A DNA stretch of 64,000 nt from a virus. Below are positions 42,408 through 51,577 of the stretch, piece after piece. Position 1 is the first letter of the stretch. Each line of letters begins with the position of its first letter. The stretch covers positions 1-64,000 of IMG/VR virus record IMGVR_UViG_3300032401_000002; one strand, 5' to 3'. The notes beneath the pieces were generated by a model. That model made no database searches and was not told the DNA's origin. It saw nothing but the letters and a program-made list of their open reading frames with translations. The translations under genes and the position numbers were made by a program.

Positions 42408-43687
42408 TAGACTACGTTGGTGATCTTGAAGGTCGAATCCTTGCTCAAGTCAACGCTCATCTCCCACACGGTTGGCTCGTACGACCGAGACTCGATCACG
42501 CCCATGTGGATGAGGTTCTGCGCCTTCATATCCTTGGTCGCATGTACGCCCAGGATGGTGTCCGCCACCTGGCCGATTGAGTCCGACAGTCCGATCTTGG
42601 ATAGGTCGGCCATCTCGTTTAGCCCCGCAGCCTCGCGGTTGAACTGAGCGGCCACGTAGATGGGCATGTGCTGAGTAGCATCCTTGAGATCCTCGCAGAT
42701 GAAAGACACTTCGCGATGGCGCTGATCGACGCTCGCCTTGCGGACGGATTCGATGAACGACAACTGATCGATGTAGAGAGCCTCGGCCCCCAACTCGATA
42801 GCCTCCTGCATCATCTGCTGGACAGTGCGCTCCCCACGAGGGGGTCGTCGGAAGTAGATCTTGTTGGGGTTGTTGAATGCATCGCGCGCAGCCTTATCCA
42901 ACTCACCCAGCGCCGCTGGACTGAGATTGTGGAGCTTGAAGTCTCGGTAGCTCACGCCAGCGATGATGCATGTGTATCGCTCCATCATCTCCTCGGGCGG
43001 CATCTCCAGAGTGTCGAACACCACGCTCCGAGACTCAGTCCAGACAGCGGCAGTTGCTGACCACAGAAGCTGCCAAGACTTGTAGCGCTTGGGTCGAGCG
43101 ATGATGAAGGTAAGCTCGTCTGTCTTGAGACCACCCAGTGACTTGTCAAGCTCTTCGAATCCAAACGTGACTCCCTGGATCGCGCCGTGCTTGAGGCGCT
43201 CGTGGTACTTGTCCACGACCTCGGCAACCTCGGACGAATCCATCGTGTGCTTGCGATCAGCCGTCTCGGCTCGAATGCGATTGAACTCGCTGAGACCAAT
43301 CCGCAGAGCCTCCTCGGGATTGCCCGCGTTGCGCCCCAACGTCGTGATGACGCGCTTCATCTGCTGACGCTGATAGCGCTCTCGCAGCTTCGTGATAACG
43401 TACCCAATCGGGGCGATAGGCGTGTCGAACTCGTCGTACCCCGTCTCCTCTTCGAGCACACCGCGCGACGGAGGCTCACGGTACTCGTCCATGTACGAGA
43501 TGACGAACTCAAGAGCGGTGCGGATACCATCGTCGCTATCACCGATCAGTTCGGACGATAGGCGCTCTTTCCAGATCGCGCGACAGCCTGCCGGGGTGGC
43601 CATGTGATCAAGAAGCTGATCCTCTAGGACAAGTCCGGCGTACTCCTCGACAACGTCTTCCGTCTCGGTCGTCATGTGATGGGCCAT
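42407..43687 (-). CDS. DnaB-like replicative helicase
   Basis: 'ARPKRYKS', 'LEM', 'YIDQL', 'AAQFNR', 'SDSIGQVAD'. Confidence 0.88.
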   Translation of the reverse strand: MAHHMTTETEDVVEEYAGLVLEDQLLDHMATPAGCRAIWKERLSSELIGDSDDGIRTALEFVISYMDEYREPPSRGVLEEETGYDEFDTPIAPIGYVITKLRERYQRQQMKRVITTLGRNAGNPEEALRIGLSEFNRIRAETADRKHTMDSSEVAEVVDKYHERLKHGAIQGVTFGFEELDKSLGGLKTDELTFIIARPKRYKSWQLLWSATAAVWTESRSVVFDTLEMPPEEMMERYTCIIAGVSYRDFKLHNLSPAALGELDKAARDAFNNPNKIYFRRPPRGERTVQQMMQEAIELGAEALYIDQLSFIESVRKASVDQRHREVSFICEDLKDATQHMPIYVAAQFNREAAGLNEMADLSKIGLSDSIGQVADTILGVHATKDMKAQNLIHMGVIESRSYEPTVWEMSVDLSKDSTFKITNVV

Positions 43688-44493
43688 GCCTCTCCGTTCA
43701 ACTGAAGCTCACGGTTATGAAGGTCGAACTGGTCACTCAGGCGATAGTCAGCCCCGGTCAAGTCGATGGTCAAGTTCTTACCCCAGATGAGTGAGAACAC
43801 TCGGGGGAAGACCTTCTCCAGAACGTCTGGGGTCATGTTGGTTGTGATGATCGTCGGGAAGTCATTGTCAGCACGAGGGCGGATCAGAGCCTCAAGCTCG
43901 TCAGCGAAGAAACGCTTCTGAGCGTCCGAACCCGGCTCGCGCACTTCGTCTAGAACGAGAAGGTCAGCGGTCTGCACACGCTTGATCTTGAACTCGCGCT
44001 CCTTACGATCCTCGATGTCGTAGTACGACTTGACTTCGTAGAAGGGTGCGAACCATCCGTCCACGCCGGACTTGACGAGGCGCTTCAGAGTCGAAGTAGC
44101 TCCCCATGTCTTGCCGGTGCCCAGCCCCGACGAGAAGAACGTCAACCCCTCGCCATTCAGACCACCGCGCTCGAAGTTGGCGACGTAGTAGTCCATCGCC
44201 TCTTTGGCTTCACGCTGATTATCTGTGTCGGTTGGCCACTCTGCCCAGATGAGCTTCTGGTACCTGATCGGGATGTTGTGCAGGAAGTAGAGCATCGACA
44301 GACGCAGCGCGACATGGATGCCGCCCGGCCCGACTGGGCACTCGTACTCCTTCCCCTGATAGGCATACCGACCCTCGTTGAGACAGACCGGGCACACCTT
44401 CCCGGACTGTGTCTTGGACACATATCCGGGATGGCGCTCGATCTGCTCAAGCTGAGAGTCAGTGAAGGTCGTCTTGAAGTCGGCGGGGATCAC
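43672..44493 (-). CDS. DnaC/IstB-like AAA+ helicase loader
   Basis: GLGTGKT, LLVLDE, TIITTN. Confidence 0.85.
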   Translation of the reverse strand: MIPADFKTTFTDSQLEQIERHPGYVSKTQSGKVCPVCLNEGRYAYQGKEYECPVGPGGIHVALRLSMLYFLHNIPIRYQKLIWAEWPTDTDNQREAKEAMDYYVANFERGGLNGEGLTFFSSGLGTGKTWGATSTLKRLVKSGVDGWFAPFYEVKSYYDIEDRKEREFKIKRVQTADLLVLDEVREPGSDAQKRFFADELEALIRPRADNDFPTIITTNMTPDVLEKVFPRVFSLIWGKNLTIDLTGADYRLSDQFDLHNRELQLNGEAWPIT

Positions 44494-45212
44494 TCGCTAA
44501 GTGTAGCTGATGCGTCGAGTAGCAGCGACTCGTCCTCTTCCACTTGTGCGATTTCTGTGATCTCCTGAACACCGTTCTCGGCGATGTCCGTGATCGTCTG
44601 GTGCATGAACGCCGCGCGCTCCTCGACCGTAGGCTGATCGAGACGCTGGAGCCGGATGCCGAAGTTCTGGAAGATCATCTGAAGCGCATCGTCCAGTCGG
44701 TTGTTGTAGTTGGCCTCGTCGTCGTTCGCGCCTGGTAGGATCAGGCCCGCCGTCTTGGGGATGTAGAAGGCGAACGAGTACCTGAAGGTGCTCAGGAACA
44801 GATACGTCAACTGCGTCATGGCGATCTGCTGAACCTGTAGCTGCTGCTGCTGCTGCTCGGTCTGGATACCCCGCAGGATGTTCTCCATGTTGACTCCGGT
44901 GTGGGCCATGTTGTCCAGGGCCGTACCCAGTGTGATGAAGTTCTGCTTCGCGTAGAGGTACGCCTGCTCCTGCTCGTAGCGGCGCATGAAGATCCTCAGA
45001 TCCTCCTTCCATCCACCGAAGAGTCCAACCGCCTGGTTGAGATCTTCGAGAATGGCATTGCCTCCGTTGGGGATCACATTGAGACCCTTAACGGTCTGCT
45101 CTTCGAACCACGATGCCGAGAGATCCTTGTATGCCTCGGCTACCGCCTGCTTGCCACTGTCGGGTGCCCCAACCAACGCGATGGCGATTGGGAACTCAAG
45201 TGCTGTGCTCAT
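44490..45212 (-). CDS. P-loop NTPase/kinase-like protein
   Basis: 'IALVGAPDSGK'. Confidence 0.55.
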   Translation of the reverse strand: MSTALEFPIAIALVGAPDSGKQAVAEAYKDLSASWFEEQTVKGLNVIPNGGNAILEDLNQAVGLFGGWKEDLRIFMRRYEQEQAYLYAKQNFITLGTALDNMAHTGVNMENILRGIQTEQQQQQLQVQQIAMTQLTYLFLSTFRYSFAFYIPKTAGLILPGANDDEANYNNRLDDALQMIFQNFGIRLQRLDQPTVEERAAFMHQTITDIAENGVQEITEIAQVEEDESLLLDASATLSE

Positions 45213-45892
45213 ACTTCGTCTTCCTCCTTGGCTACCTTGATCGGTAGCAGTCTAACCTGGGGCGTCCCAGGAGTGCTGTACTTCTGGAACATCCACAGAA
45301 GTTCGGGGTACTTGGCGATTGCCGCCTCGGCCTTGTCTTCGTCCAAGGTGTACGTCGTGTGTGTCTCGACCTTGATCGTATCGAGCGCGGCATGGTACAC
45401 ATCGTCATCGATGAGAACACCTTCGTCTTCATCGGCGTCGAGGAACTCCCACATCTCCTTGGCCAAGAACTCGGCTCCGACCATGGCTATCGTACGACCA
45501 TACCGCTTGCCGTCCACCGTGAACTCGAACTTCTTGAGCGTCTCGTTCTCCTCAAGCGTGATGACCGCTTGCTCAGCGTCGGGAAGGATACCCACGACGC
45601 GCCACTCGGGATATTCACGAGCGGCCCACTTCTCGTAGTCCCAGTCGAACGGAGCCAACGTGTCATTGGTAACCGTGACCACCTGACGAAGCAGTTCGAC
45701 TTCATCTCGAACCACTGCCGTCATTAGTTCGAGCATCGGCCCCTTCACCTGGGTCTTGACCTTCGCCGCTTCCTTCTCTTCGGCGTCCGCCTTGCCATAG
45801 CTCTTGGCTAGCTCGTATAGCTCGTCACGAGAGGATGGGTCTTGACTGAGATCCGACTCGATCTCAACAGGGGCTGCCTTGAATCTAGCCAT
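45209..45892 (-). CDS. hypothetical protein
   Basis: 227-aa ORF in the replication operon. Confidence 0.65.
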   Translation of the reverse strand: MARFKAAPVEIESDLSQDPSSRDELYELAKSYGKADAEEKEAAKVKTQVKGPMLELMTAVVRDEVELLRQVVTVTNDTLAPFDWDYEKWAAREYPEWRVVGILPDAEQAVITLEENETLKKFEFTVDGKRYGRTIAMVGAEFLAKEMWEFLDADEDEGVLIDDDVYHAALDTIKVETHTTYTLDEDKAEAAIAKYPELLWMFQKYSTPGTPQVRLLPIKVAKEEDEV

Positions 45893-46190
45893 TGATCACT
45901 ACCACCTTTGTCGGCCCTCCACACTCAGGGCAGATTCTGTCTCTCTGTTGATCGGTCGTTTGGGGCTGAGAGTCAAGCTCCGACCAGTTGCAAATCTGTT
46001 CCAAGGCTTCTCTCTGGTGCCTACATCGGCCACGAAACTCATAGCCAGGGCACTCACAGACAGCCTCTGCTTCGTTTCGATCCCATGGTGGGAGAGTGAC
46101 CAAGTAGTAGGCCGACTCATCTGTAGCCGAAGGCACAGCAACCTCTTGCCAGCCTCCCAGCATCGAGCACTCTTGAATCACCTGTGACAT
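45885..46190 (-). CDS. SWIM Zn-finger protein
   Basis: CECPG..CRH plus CPECGG. Confidence 0.7.
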   Translation of the reverse strand: MSQVIQECSMLGGWQEVAVPSATDESAYYLVTLPPWDRNEAEAVCECPGYEFRGRCRHQREALEQICNWSELDSQPQTTDQQRDRICPECGGPTKVVVING

Positions 46191-46463
46191 CCTACTCAGC
46201 TTACCAGGGTGCCCACTAGGCAGTACCGTCACCTACGTAACCATACGGCTCCATGGCGGGAAAGGTTTCGTAGGGAGCCAAGAAACCCCTGCAAATGACC
46301 ACTTTACGCAGCGCGCGAAAGTTACGTAGGTTTGGCGTGAATCCCTTGTTGAGAATAGTTCTCATTAGGTTCCCCCGTCACCCCCTCCAGATTCTTGAAT
46401 CTCTGGATTCTCTGTGCGCTTCTCGCTTTCCTTCAAGATCATCAGATAACCATAATGGTCTCT

Positions 46464-46492
46464 TTATCGACACAAATCGCGAACAACTTTAG
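46464..46492 (-). promoter_or_regulatory. sigma28/WhiG-type promoter candidate
   Basis: CTAAAG-N15-GTCGATAA. Confidence 0.5.
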
Positions 46493-46551
46493 AAACGAGA
46501 AGAGGCCCCTCCTGGAGCCTCTTCAACGTTCGCGGGATGTACCCTGACGGG

Positions 46552-46758
46552 CTACTCCCCCGGATCTGCTCCGTACCGCAGCCACTTCTCAGCAGCCACG
46601 AGGGCAGGGGTCACAACAGCAAGAACTACCCACTGATACCCTGACGGGACAATCGAGAGGACATCTGGGCTAGATACCCAGGTGATCAGCGCAGCAACAC
46701 CTAGAGCACCTAGGGTACGCGCGAAGCGGAGTAGAACAGTCTTGGTCTTTGCGGTCAT
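46552..46758 (-). CDS. holin-like membrane protein
   Basis: Two hydrophobic helices, basic N-terminus. Confidence 0.5.
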   Translation of the reverse strand: MTAKTKTVLLRFARTLGALGVAALITWVSSPDVLSIVPSGYQWVVLAVVTPALVAAEKWLRYGADPGE

Positions 46759-46933
46759 GAAACCTCCTGGATTGAACAATGTGGTCACCAGTTAGGGGGG
46801 TGCAGTTTGCTCATTTAGGGTATCGATTTCCGCCTAGCGAGGGGTCTGGTAAGATAACATTTGGGTCATCCTCCAAAGCGTTGCGGAGCTTCACCTTACT
46901 CTACACACAGACATATTCGAAAGACAGGGAAGA

Positions 46934-48808
46934 GTGACCTCTAGTACCTTGATCGGCTCTGATAGCCGACAAATCCTTCAAGACTTGGTGCATTATCGCA
47001 CCTACGCAGGAACCCAGCAGAACGGTAAGAAAGAGACTCGCGAGCAAGTCATCGACAGAGTCCGGGACATGCACCAGACGATGTTCCCGTGGTTCTCGGA
47101 CGAAATCGCTGATGTCTTCCAGGAGGTTTACGCAGGACGGACAGTTCCTTCTATGCGTACCATGCAATTCGGTGGGATGCCCATCTTCAGAAGCAACGCG
47201 CGAGGGTACAACTGTGCCTTTGCTGCGCTGACCTCTTGGAAGGACTTCGCCGACATGTTCTGGCTCCTGATGAACGGAGTCGGCACTGGCTATTCCGTCC
47301 AGCAGCATCACATCGACCAGCTACCCGTGGTTCACGCATTCGAGGGGCAGACATTCACGGTGCCCGACTCGAAGGAGGGTTGGGCTGATGGAATCGTCGC
47401 TCTGCTCGCGAACCCCCAGGTCAAGATCATCACCGACCTGATTCGGCCCAAGGGTGCCCCGATCTCATCTGGTGGTACAGCCTCAGGCCCTGAGTCGTTG
47501 TCGGAGATGTACGAGAAAGTGAGAGCGATTCTCATTAGTGCTGTGGGCCGCAAGCTCACGTCACTGGAGTGCTTTGATGTCATGTGTCACATCGCAGACG
47601 TGGTTGTAGTCGGAGGCGTTCGACGCGCGGCAACAATTGCTCTCTTCGACGCTGACGACAACTCTATGCTCTCGGCCAAGCAAGGATCATGGTGGGAAGA
47701 CAACGCCCAGCGCATGAGGGCTAACATCTCAGCCGTCCTGGTTCGGAGCGATCCTAACTTTGAGACCAAGCTCCGTCACATCCTGGATATGTGCTTCAAG
47801 TCCAACTGCGGGGAGCCGGGCGTGTCGTTGACAAATGACAGGGAGTACGGATTTAACCCCTGCCATGAGATCAGCCTGCGTGATGGCCAGATGTGCAACT
47901 TGACTGAAGTCAACGCGGCGGCTTGCTCTACCGAAGCAGAGTTCTTCGACGCGGTGTCTTCGGCAGCAGCCATTGGCACGCTTCAGGCTGCCTACACAAA
48001 CTTCGAGTACCTTCAGCCGAAGTGGAAGAAGAACTGCGAGCTTGACGCTCTTCTCGGAGTTAGCATCACCGGCCAAGCTGCCGCGTGGGATCTGTTGACC
48101 CCTGAGGTCTTGGCGCGTGGAGCCGAAGAAGCCGCTCGTGTCAATCGCGAATGGGCACAGAAGCTGGGTATCAACTACGCCGCGCGGGTGACCACGACGA
48201 AGCCTTCTGGTTCTACTTCTGCGTGGTGGGGAACGACCAGTGGTATTCATGCCGCTCACTCCCCATACTACCTCCGTCGAGTTCGCGTTGACCGCAAGGA
48301 TGCATTCGGTCAGCACCTGATCGAGGCGTACGGCGAAGGCGAGGCCGAGTCGGGTTCCTTCGTGGAGTCGGACGCTTACGCGCCTGAGAACATCATCGTG
48401 ACGGTGCCCGTCCACATGAACGGGGCGATCTATCGCGAAGGCGAGACAGCTATCGCACTGATGGAGCGCTCGAAGCACATCTTCGAGAATTGGATCATGC
48501 CCGGCCACAGCACTGGCCCGAATCCTCACAACGTTAGCTTGACCGTGAGCTACCGACCCGAAGAGCAGGCAGAGATCACCGAGTGGATGGTAGACAACTC
48601 CGACTCATGGGCTGGCATCAGTCTCCTGCCCTACGACGGTGGCAACTATACCCAAGCTCCATTCGAAGAGATCAGCGAGCACGAGTTCTTCCAGTGGCTC
48701 AAGAAGGTACCAAGCGTTGTGGACTTTGGAGTCATCGACTTCACAGCACAAGTGGATGAGCGGTTGGGCGAGCTTGCATGCTTCGGCGGACAGTGCGAGG
48801 TCATCTGA
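46934..48808 (+). CDS. nrdJ: class II (AdoCbl-dependent) ribonucleotide reductase
   Basis: 'YNCAF', 'GGVRRAA', 'NPCHEI..CNLTE', 'TTTKPSGS', C-terminal CxxxxC. Confidence 0.92.
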   Translation: MTSSTLIGSDSRQILQDLVHYRTYAGTQQNGKKETREQVIDRVRDMHQTMFPWFSDEIADVFQEVYAGRTVPSMRTMQFGGMPIFRSNARGYNCAFAALTSWKDFADMFWLLMNGVGTGYSVQQHHIDQLPVVHAFEGQTFTVPDSKEGWADGIVALLANPQVKIITDLIRPKGAPISSGGTASGPESLSEMYEKVRAILISAVGRKLTSLECFDVMCHIADVVVVGGVRRAATIALFDADDNSMLSAKQGSWWEDNAQRMRANISAVLVRSDPNFETKLRHILDMCFKSNCGEPGVSLTNDREYGFNPCHEISLRDGQMCNLTEVNAAACSTEAEFFDAVSSAAAIGTLQAAYTNFEYLQPKWKKNCELDALLGVSITGQAAAWDLLTPEVLARGAEEAARVNREWAQKLGINYAARVTTTKPSGSTSAWWGTTSGIHAAHSPYYLRRVRVDRKDAFGQHLIEAYGEGEAESGSFVESDAYAPENIIVTVPVHMNGAIYREGETAIALMERSKHIFENWIMPGHSTGPNPHNVSLTVSYRPEEQAEITEWMVDNSDSWAGISLLPYDGGNYTQAPFEEISEHEFFQWLKKVPSVVDFGVIDFTAQVDERLGELACFGGQCEVI

Positions 48809-49095
48809 TGAACCTCAAGCAAGAGATCCGTCACGGCGAGGTCATCATCGACTTCTATGCTGAGTGGTGTGGCCCGTGCCACGCCGTGGCCCCTGTCCTT
48901 GACAAGGTCAGCCTTGACACGGGCATCAAGATCGTCAAGGTAGACATTGACGCCGAGCGCGAGATCAGCGAGACGTTCGGGGTTGTGTCCATCCCGACGA
49001 TGGTCTACATGATCAATGGAGACGAACAGGCTCGCGTCACTGGCGCTCTCCCTAAGGACAAGTTGATGGCTGCTTTGGGGATCATCGGCACGTAG
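48808..49095 (+). CDS. thioredoxin
   Basis: WCGPC. Confidence 0.93.
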   Translation: MNLKQEIRHGEVIIDFYAEWCGPCHAVAPVLDKVSLDTGIKIVKVDIDAEREISETFGVVSIPTMVYMINGDEQARVTGALPKDKLMAALGIIGT

Positions 49096-49097
49096 GG

Positions 49098-49130
49098 TTG
49101 ACTGCCTTGTGGGTCGTGTGCTACAGTTAG
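49098..49130 (+). promoter_or_regulatory. promoter of the RNA island
   Basis: TTGACT-N18-TACAGT-TAG with extended TG. Confidence 0.7.
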
Positions 49131-49483
49131 ACCTCAAGTGTGAAGCGCCTCTGCTAACGAGGCACCGAGATCGGGAACGCCCTCTCTGACCCCCTCGGTG
49201 AAAGAAAGAGAGGGCCGTGGCCCCGTGGAGACGGGGCAAAGATTTCAACTGCTTCTGAACCGTGTACTATAATTTGGGGGCAAGCAGTTACTGAAGGTAT
49301 ACCGATGGTGTAGTTTGCCATCTGATCGCCTGGCTCTTCGGAGCAGGGAGATACATAGTTCGGGTAGCCCATCTGGCGCAGCATTGCTACGGGGATCGCA
49401 ACCGAGGCAGATGCCGAACGAAGTAGAGTTTCGAGACTGGGGGTCGATCCCCAAGGTTGGCCCCCAGTCTCAAAGTTTATCGT

Positions 49484-49555
49484 CGCGGATTGGAGCAGTG
49501 GTAGCTCGCTAGGCTCATAACCTAGAGGTCGTTGGTTCGAATCCATCATCCGCTA
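49484..49555 (+). tRNA. tRNA-Met(CAT), initiator-like
   Basis: Cloverleaf, C1:U72 mismatch, loop CTCATAA. Confidence 0.9.
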
Positions 49556-49915
49556 TGAGGCCACCGCCCTAATACCCACGGGTAGTCGGGTTGTGCTGGC
49601 CTCTCTAGCTCAGGTGTATAACAGGACGGCTTGCCGTCTGAGGCCACCTGGGAACGGGTACGGGGTGGAGGCTGGTCGCCGTCTGCTTGTGGTGTAGCGT
49701 CGTCTTCGGACGGGGTGTAATCCGCAGGTTTGATATAGAGCAGTCCCACTCCGTCCCACCTATCCCTTTCTAGCTCACACAAGACTGTCGCGAAAGCGGC
49801 ACCACACGCGCATCTATGCGCGGATTGAGCAGGGTGGCACACAACCTTGACCAAAAGAGTGTGTCTGCGCATGAGATCGCAGGAACCATCTCACGGGCAT
49901 GGCCCGTTACAGCCA
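49556..49915 (+). ncRNA. unassigned large structured RNA
   Basis: Multiple complementary stems with GNRA/UUCG loops between tRNAs. Confidence 0.45.
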
Positions 49916-49920
49916 TACTA

Positions 49921-49994
49921 CAGCGTGTAGCTCAGTCTGGTAGAGTGTCCGTCTGGGGGACGGAGAGTCGAGGGTTCGAGTCCCTCCACGCTGA
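49921..49994 (+). tRNA. tRNA-Pro(GGG)
   Basis: Cloverleaf. Confidence 0.9.
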
Positions 49995-50002
49995 TAGCAT
50001 GA

Positions 50003-50078
50003 CTGGATGTAGCTCAGTTTGGTTCAGAGTACCCGATTCGGATTCGGGGAGTCGGAGGTTCGAATCCTCCCATCCAGA
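50003..50078 (+). tRNA. tRNA-Pro(CGG)
   Basis: Cloverleaf. Confidence 0.9.
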
Positions 50079-50082
50079 TAGA

Positions 50083-50157
50083 CAGGTCGTAGCTCAGTCT
50101 GGTAAGAGTGCCCGCCTTGGACGCGGGGAGTCGGTGGTTCGAATCCACCCGGCCTGA
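50083..50157 (+). tRNA. tRNA-Pro(TGG)
   Basis: Cloverleaf. Confidence 0.9.
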
Positions 50158-50391
50158 TACCTCCTATCCTGAGGGGGAACCCCGCGTTGACCGTGGGATC
50201 GTAAGCGCGTCTCGGCGCTCGTGGAAACTACCCGGACATAGGCGGGCAAGTCTGCGAGAACAACCTGGGGCGAAGCGCGTACCCTGCGCGAGCGGTTAAC
50301 AGAGCACAAGGTTTACATGGTTCGGCTCGTCGTGATGGTCTGTCGCGCTCCTTGTGCCGCGCGATGGATGGCAGGCCATCCTGAGCAACTT

Positions 50392-50755
50392 GGGCATGCC
50401 CGGTTTCGACAGTCGTGTATGGGCAATGAGATGCAGCGGGTCGCGGCCTTATCGCGCCAAGCCTTGGACAGGGCAACCACATGCAGACGACAACATCGTC
50501 TCCACGGACTACATCGACAACGGCATCGCCGCTCTCGAAGACTTCCTCGCGGAAGCGTCCCTCGTCACGGTCTAGCGAGTACCAATAGACCGCTGTGTCG
50601 CCCAGCTTAGGCGACTGACTGCTCGGAAAGTGACGAGTTGACCCGGAGAGGGAAAGTCCTCTGCCCTGGTGGAGGGCACACAGCCCCCAAAGAAGCTGCT
50701 AGAAGTCTTGTTGTAACCGCTCGGTTGGACGAGGGTTCGACTCCCTCCATGTCCA
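50392..50755 (+). ncRNA. ssrA: tmRNA
   Basis: GGGCATG/CATGTCC-A acceptor with G3:U70, 5' GGTTTCGAC, 3' T-arm GAGGGTTCGACTCCCTC, internal tag ORF 50483-50575. Confidence 0.92.
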
Positions 50756-50901
50756 CTGCAAGAATCAAGAAATCCCCTAGGGGCGTCGTTGTCTGCTACC
50801 AGTTCCGCAGGAGCAGCCAGGTGCGGAACACCTGCGAGGCGTATGAGGGAGAGTCACGAGAGTGACACGGAGATGTCTTTCCCTAGGGGCATCTCTCACA
50901 C

Positions 50902-50970
50902 GCGGAGTAGGCTAAGGCAGCCAAGTGGTCTCCAACACCACAGGACAGGGTTCGATTCCTTGACGCCGCG
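50902..50970 (+). tRNA. tRNA-Trp(CCA), atypical small D-arm
   Basis: GTGGT-CTCCAAC-ACCAC anticodon arm, T-arm, G73. Confidence 0.75.
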
Positions 50971-51055
50971 CTTCATCACTGAAAGGTTCGAGGGTTGACT
51001 GAAGGTACGGTTCGTCTGCTCACGGCAGGCAGCTAGGCTTCAGCAGTGATGGCAT

Positions 51056-51129
51056 GCCCCGTTAGTCTAACGGTTCAGGATACCACCCTCTCACGGTGGG
51101 GATTGCGGGTTCGAATCCCGCACGGGGTA
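51056..51129 (+). tRNA. tRNA-Glu(CTC)
   Basis: Cloverleaf. Confidence 0.9.
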
Positions 51130-51170
51130 CTGCCTTCGGGCACTGGGCCACGCAGCATCAGTGGCATCAC

Positions 51171-51242
51171 TGGAGGGTAGCTCAATGGTAGAGTGTCCCG
51201 CTGTTAACGGGGTGGTTCTGGGTTCGAGTCCCAGCCTTCCAG
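51171..51242 (+). tRNA. tRNA-Asn(GTT)
   Basis: Cloverleaf. Confidence 0.9.
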
Positions 51243-51254
51243 CTTGCAACACAT

Positions 51255-51328
51255 GGCCTGTTCGTCTAGCGGTCTAGGATACCGGGCTTTCAACTCGGAC
51301 GACAAGGGTTCGAATCCCTTACGGGCTA
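51255..51328 (+). tRNA. tRNA-Glu(TTC)
   Basis: Cloverleaf. Confidence 0.9.
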
Positions 51329-51427
51329 CTGACGGTGCCACGAGCCGTCGTAAGCAACTCGTGGTCGTGAACAGAGAGGGACGACGGGAAACCGTCCTCT
51401 GACACGGATGAGAAAGCTCCCACACCT

Positions 51428-51500
51428 TAGAGGGTGGTCTAATCGGCAGGACGCCAGGCTCTGACCCTGGAGATTGAAGGTTCGATCCCTTCCCCTCTAG
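51428..51500 (+). tRNA. tRNA-Gln(CTG)
   Basis: Cloverleaf. Confidence 0.9.
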
Positions 51501-51505
51501 CTCTC

Positions 51506-51577
51506 AACAGGGTAGACTAACGGTAGGTTCCCTGGCCTTGAACCAGGTCGGTCTAGGTTCGAATCCTAGCCCTGTTA
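51506..51577 (+). tRNA. tRNA-Gln(TTG)
   Basis: Cloverleaf, weak D-stem. Confidence 0.82.

Noticed and set aside
46230-46550. Replication origin in the AT-richer intergenic region
   Set aside because: No iterons or DnaA boxes were recognised; a promoter and a terminator-like hairpin explain part of the region
28545-48808. Inteins or introns in terminase, RecA, DnaE, DnaB or NrdJ
   Set aside because: Protein lengths are normal, motifs are contiguous and no intein junctions are seen
51331-51425. HDV-like (theta) or pistol ribozyme
   Set aside because: A pseudoknot is present, but HDV P3/L3/P1.1 and the pistol core sequences are not recognisable
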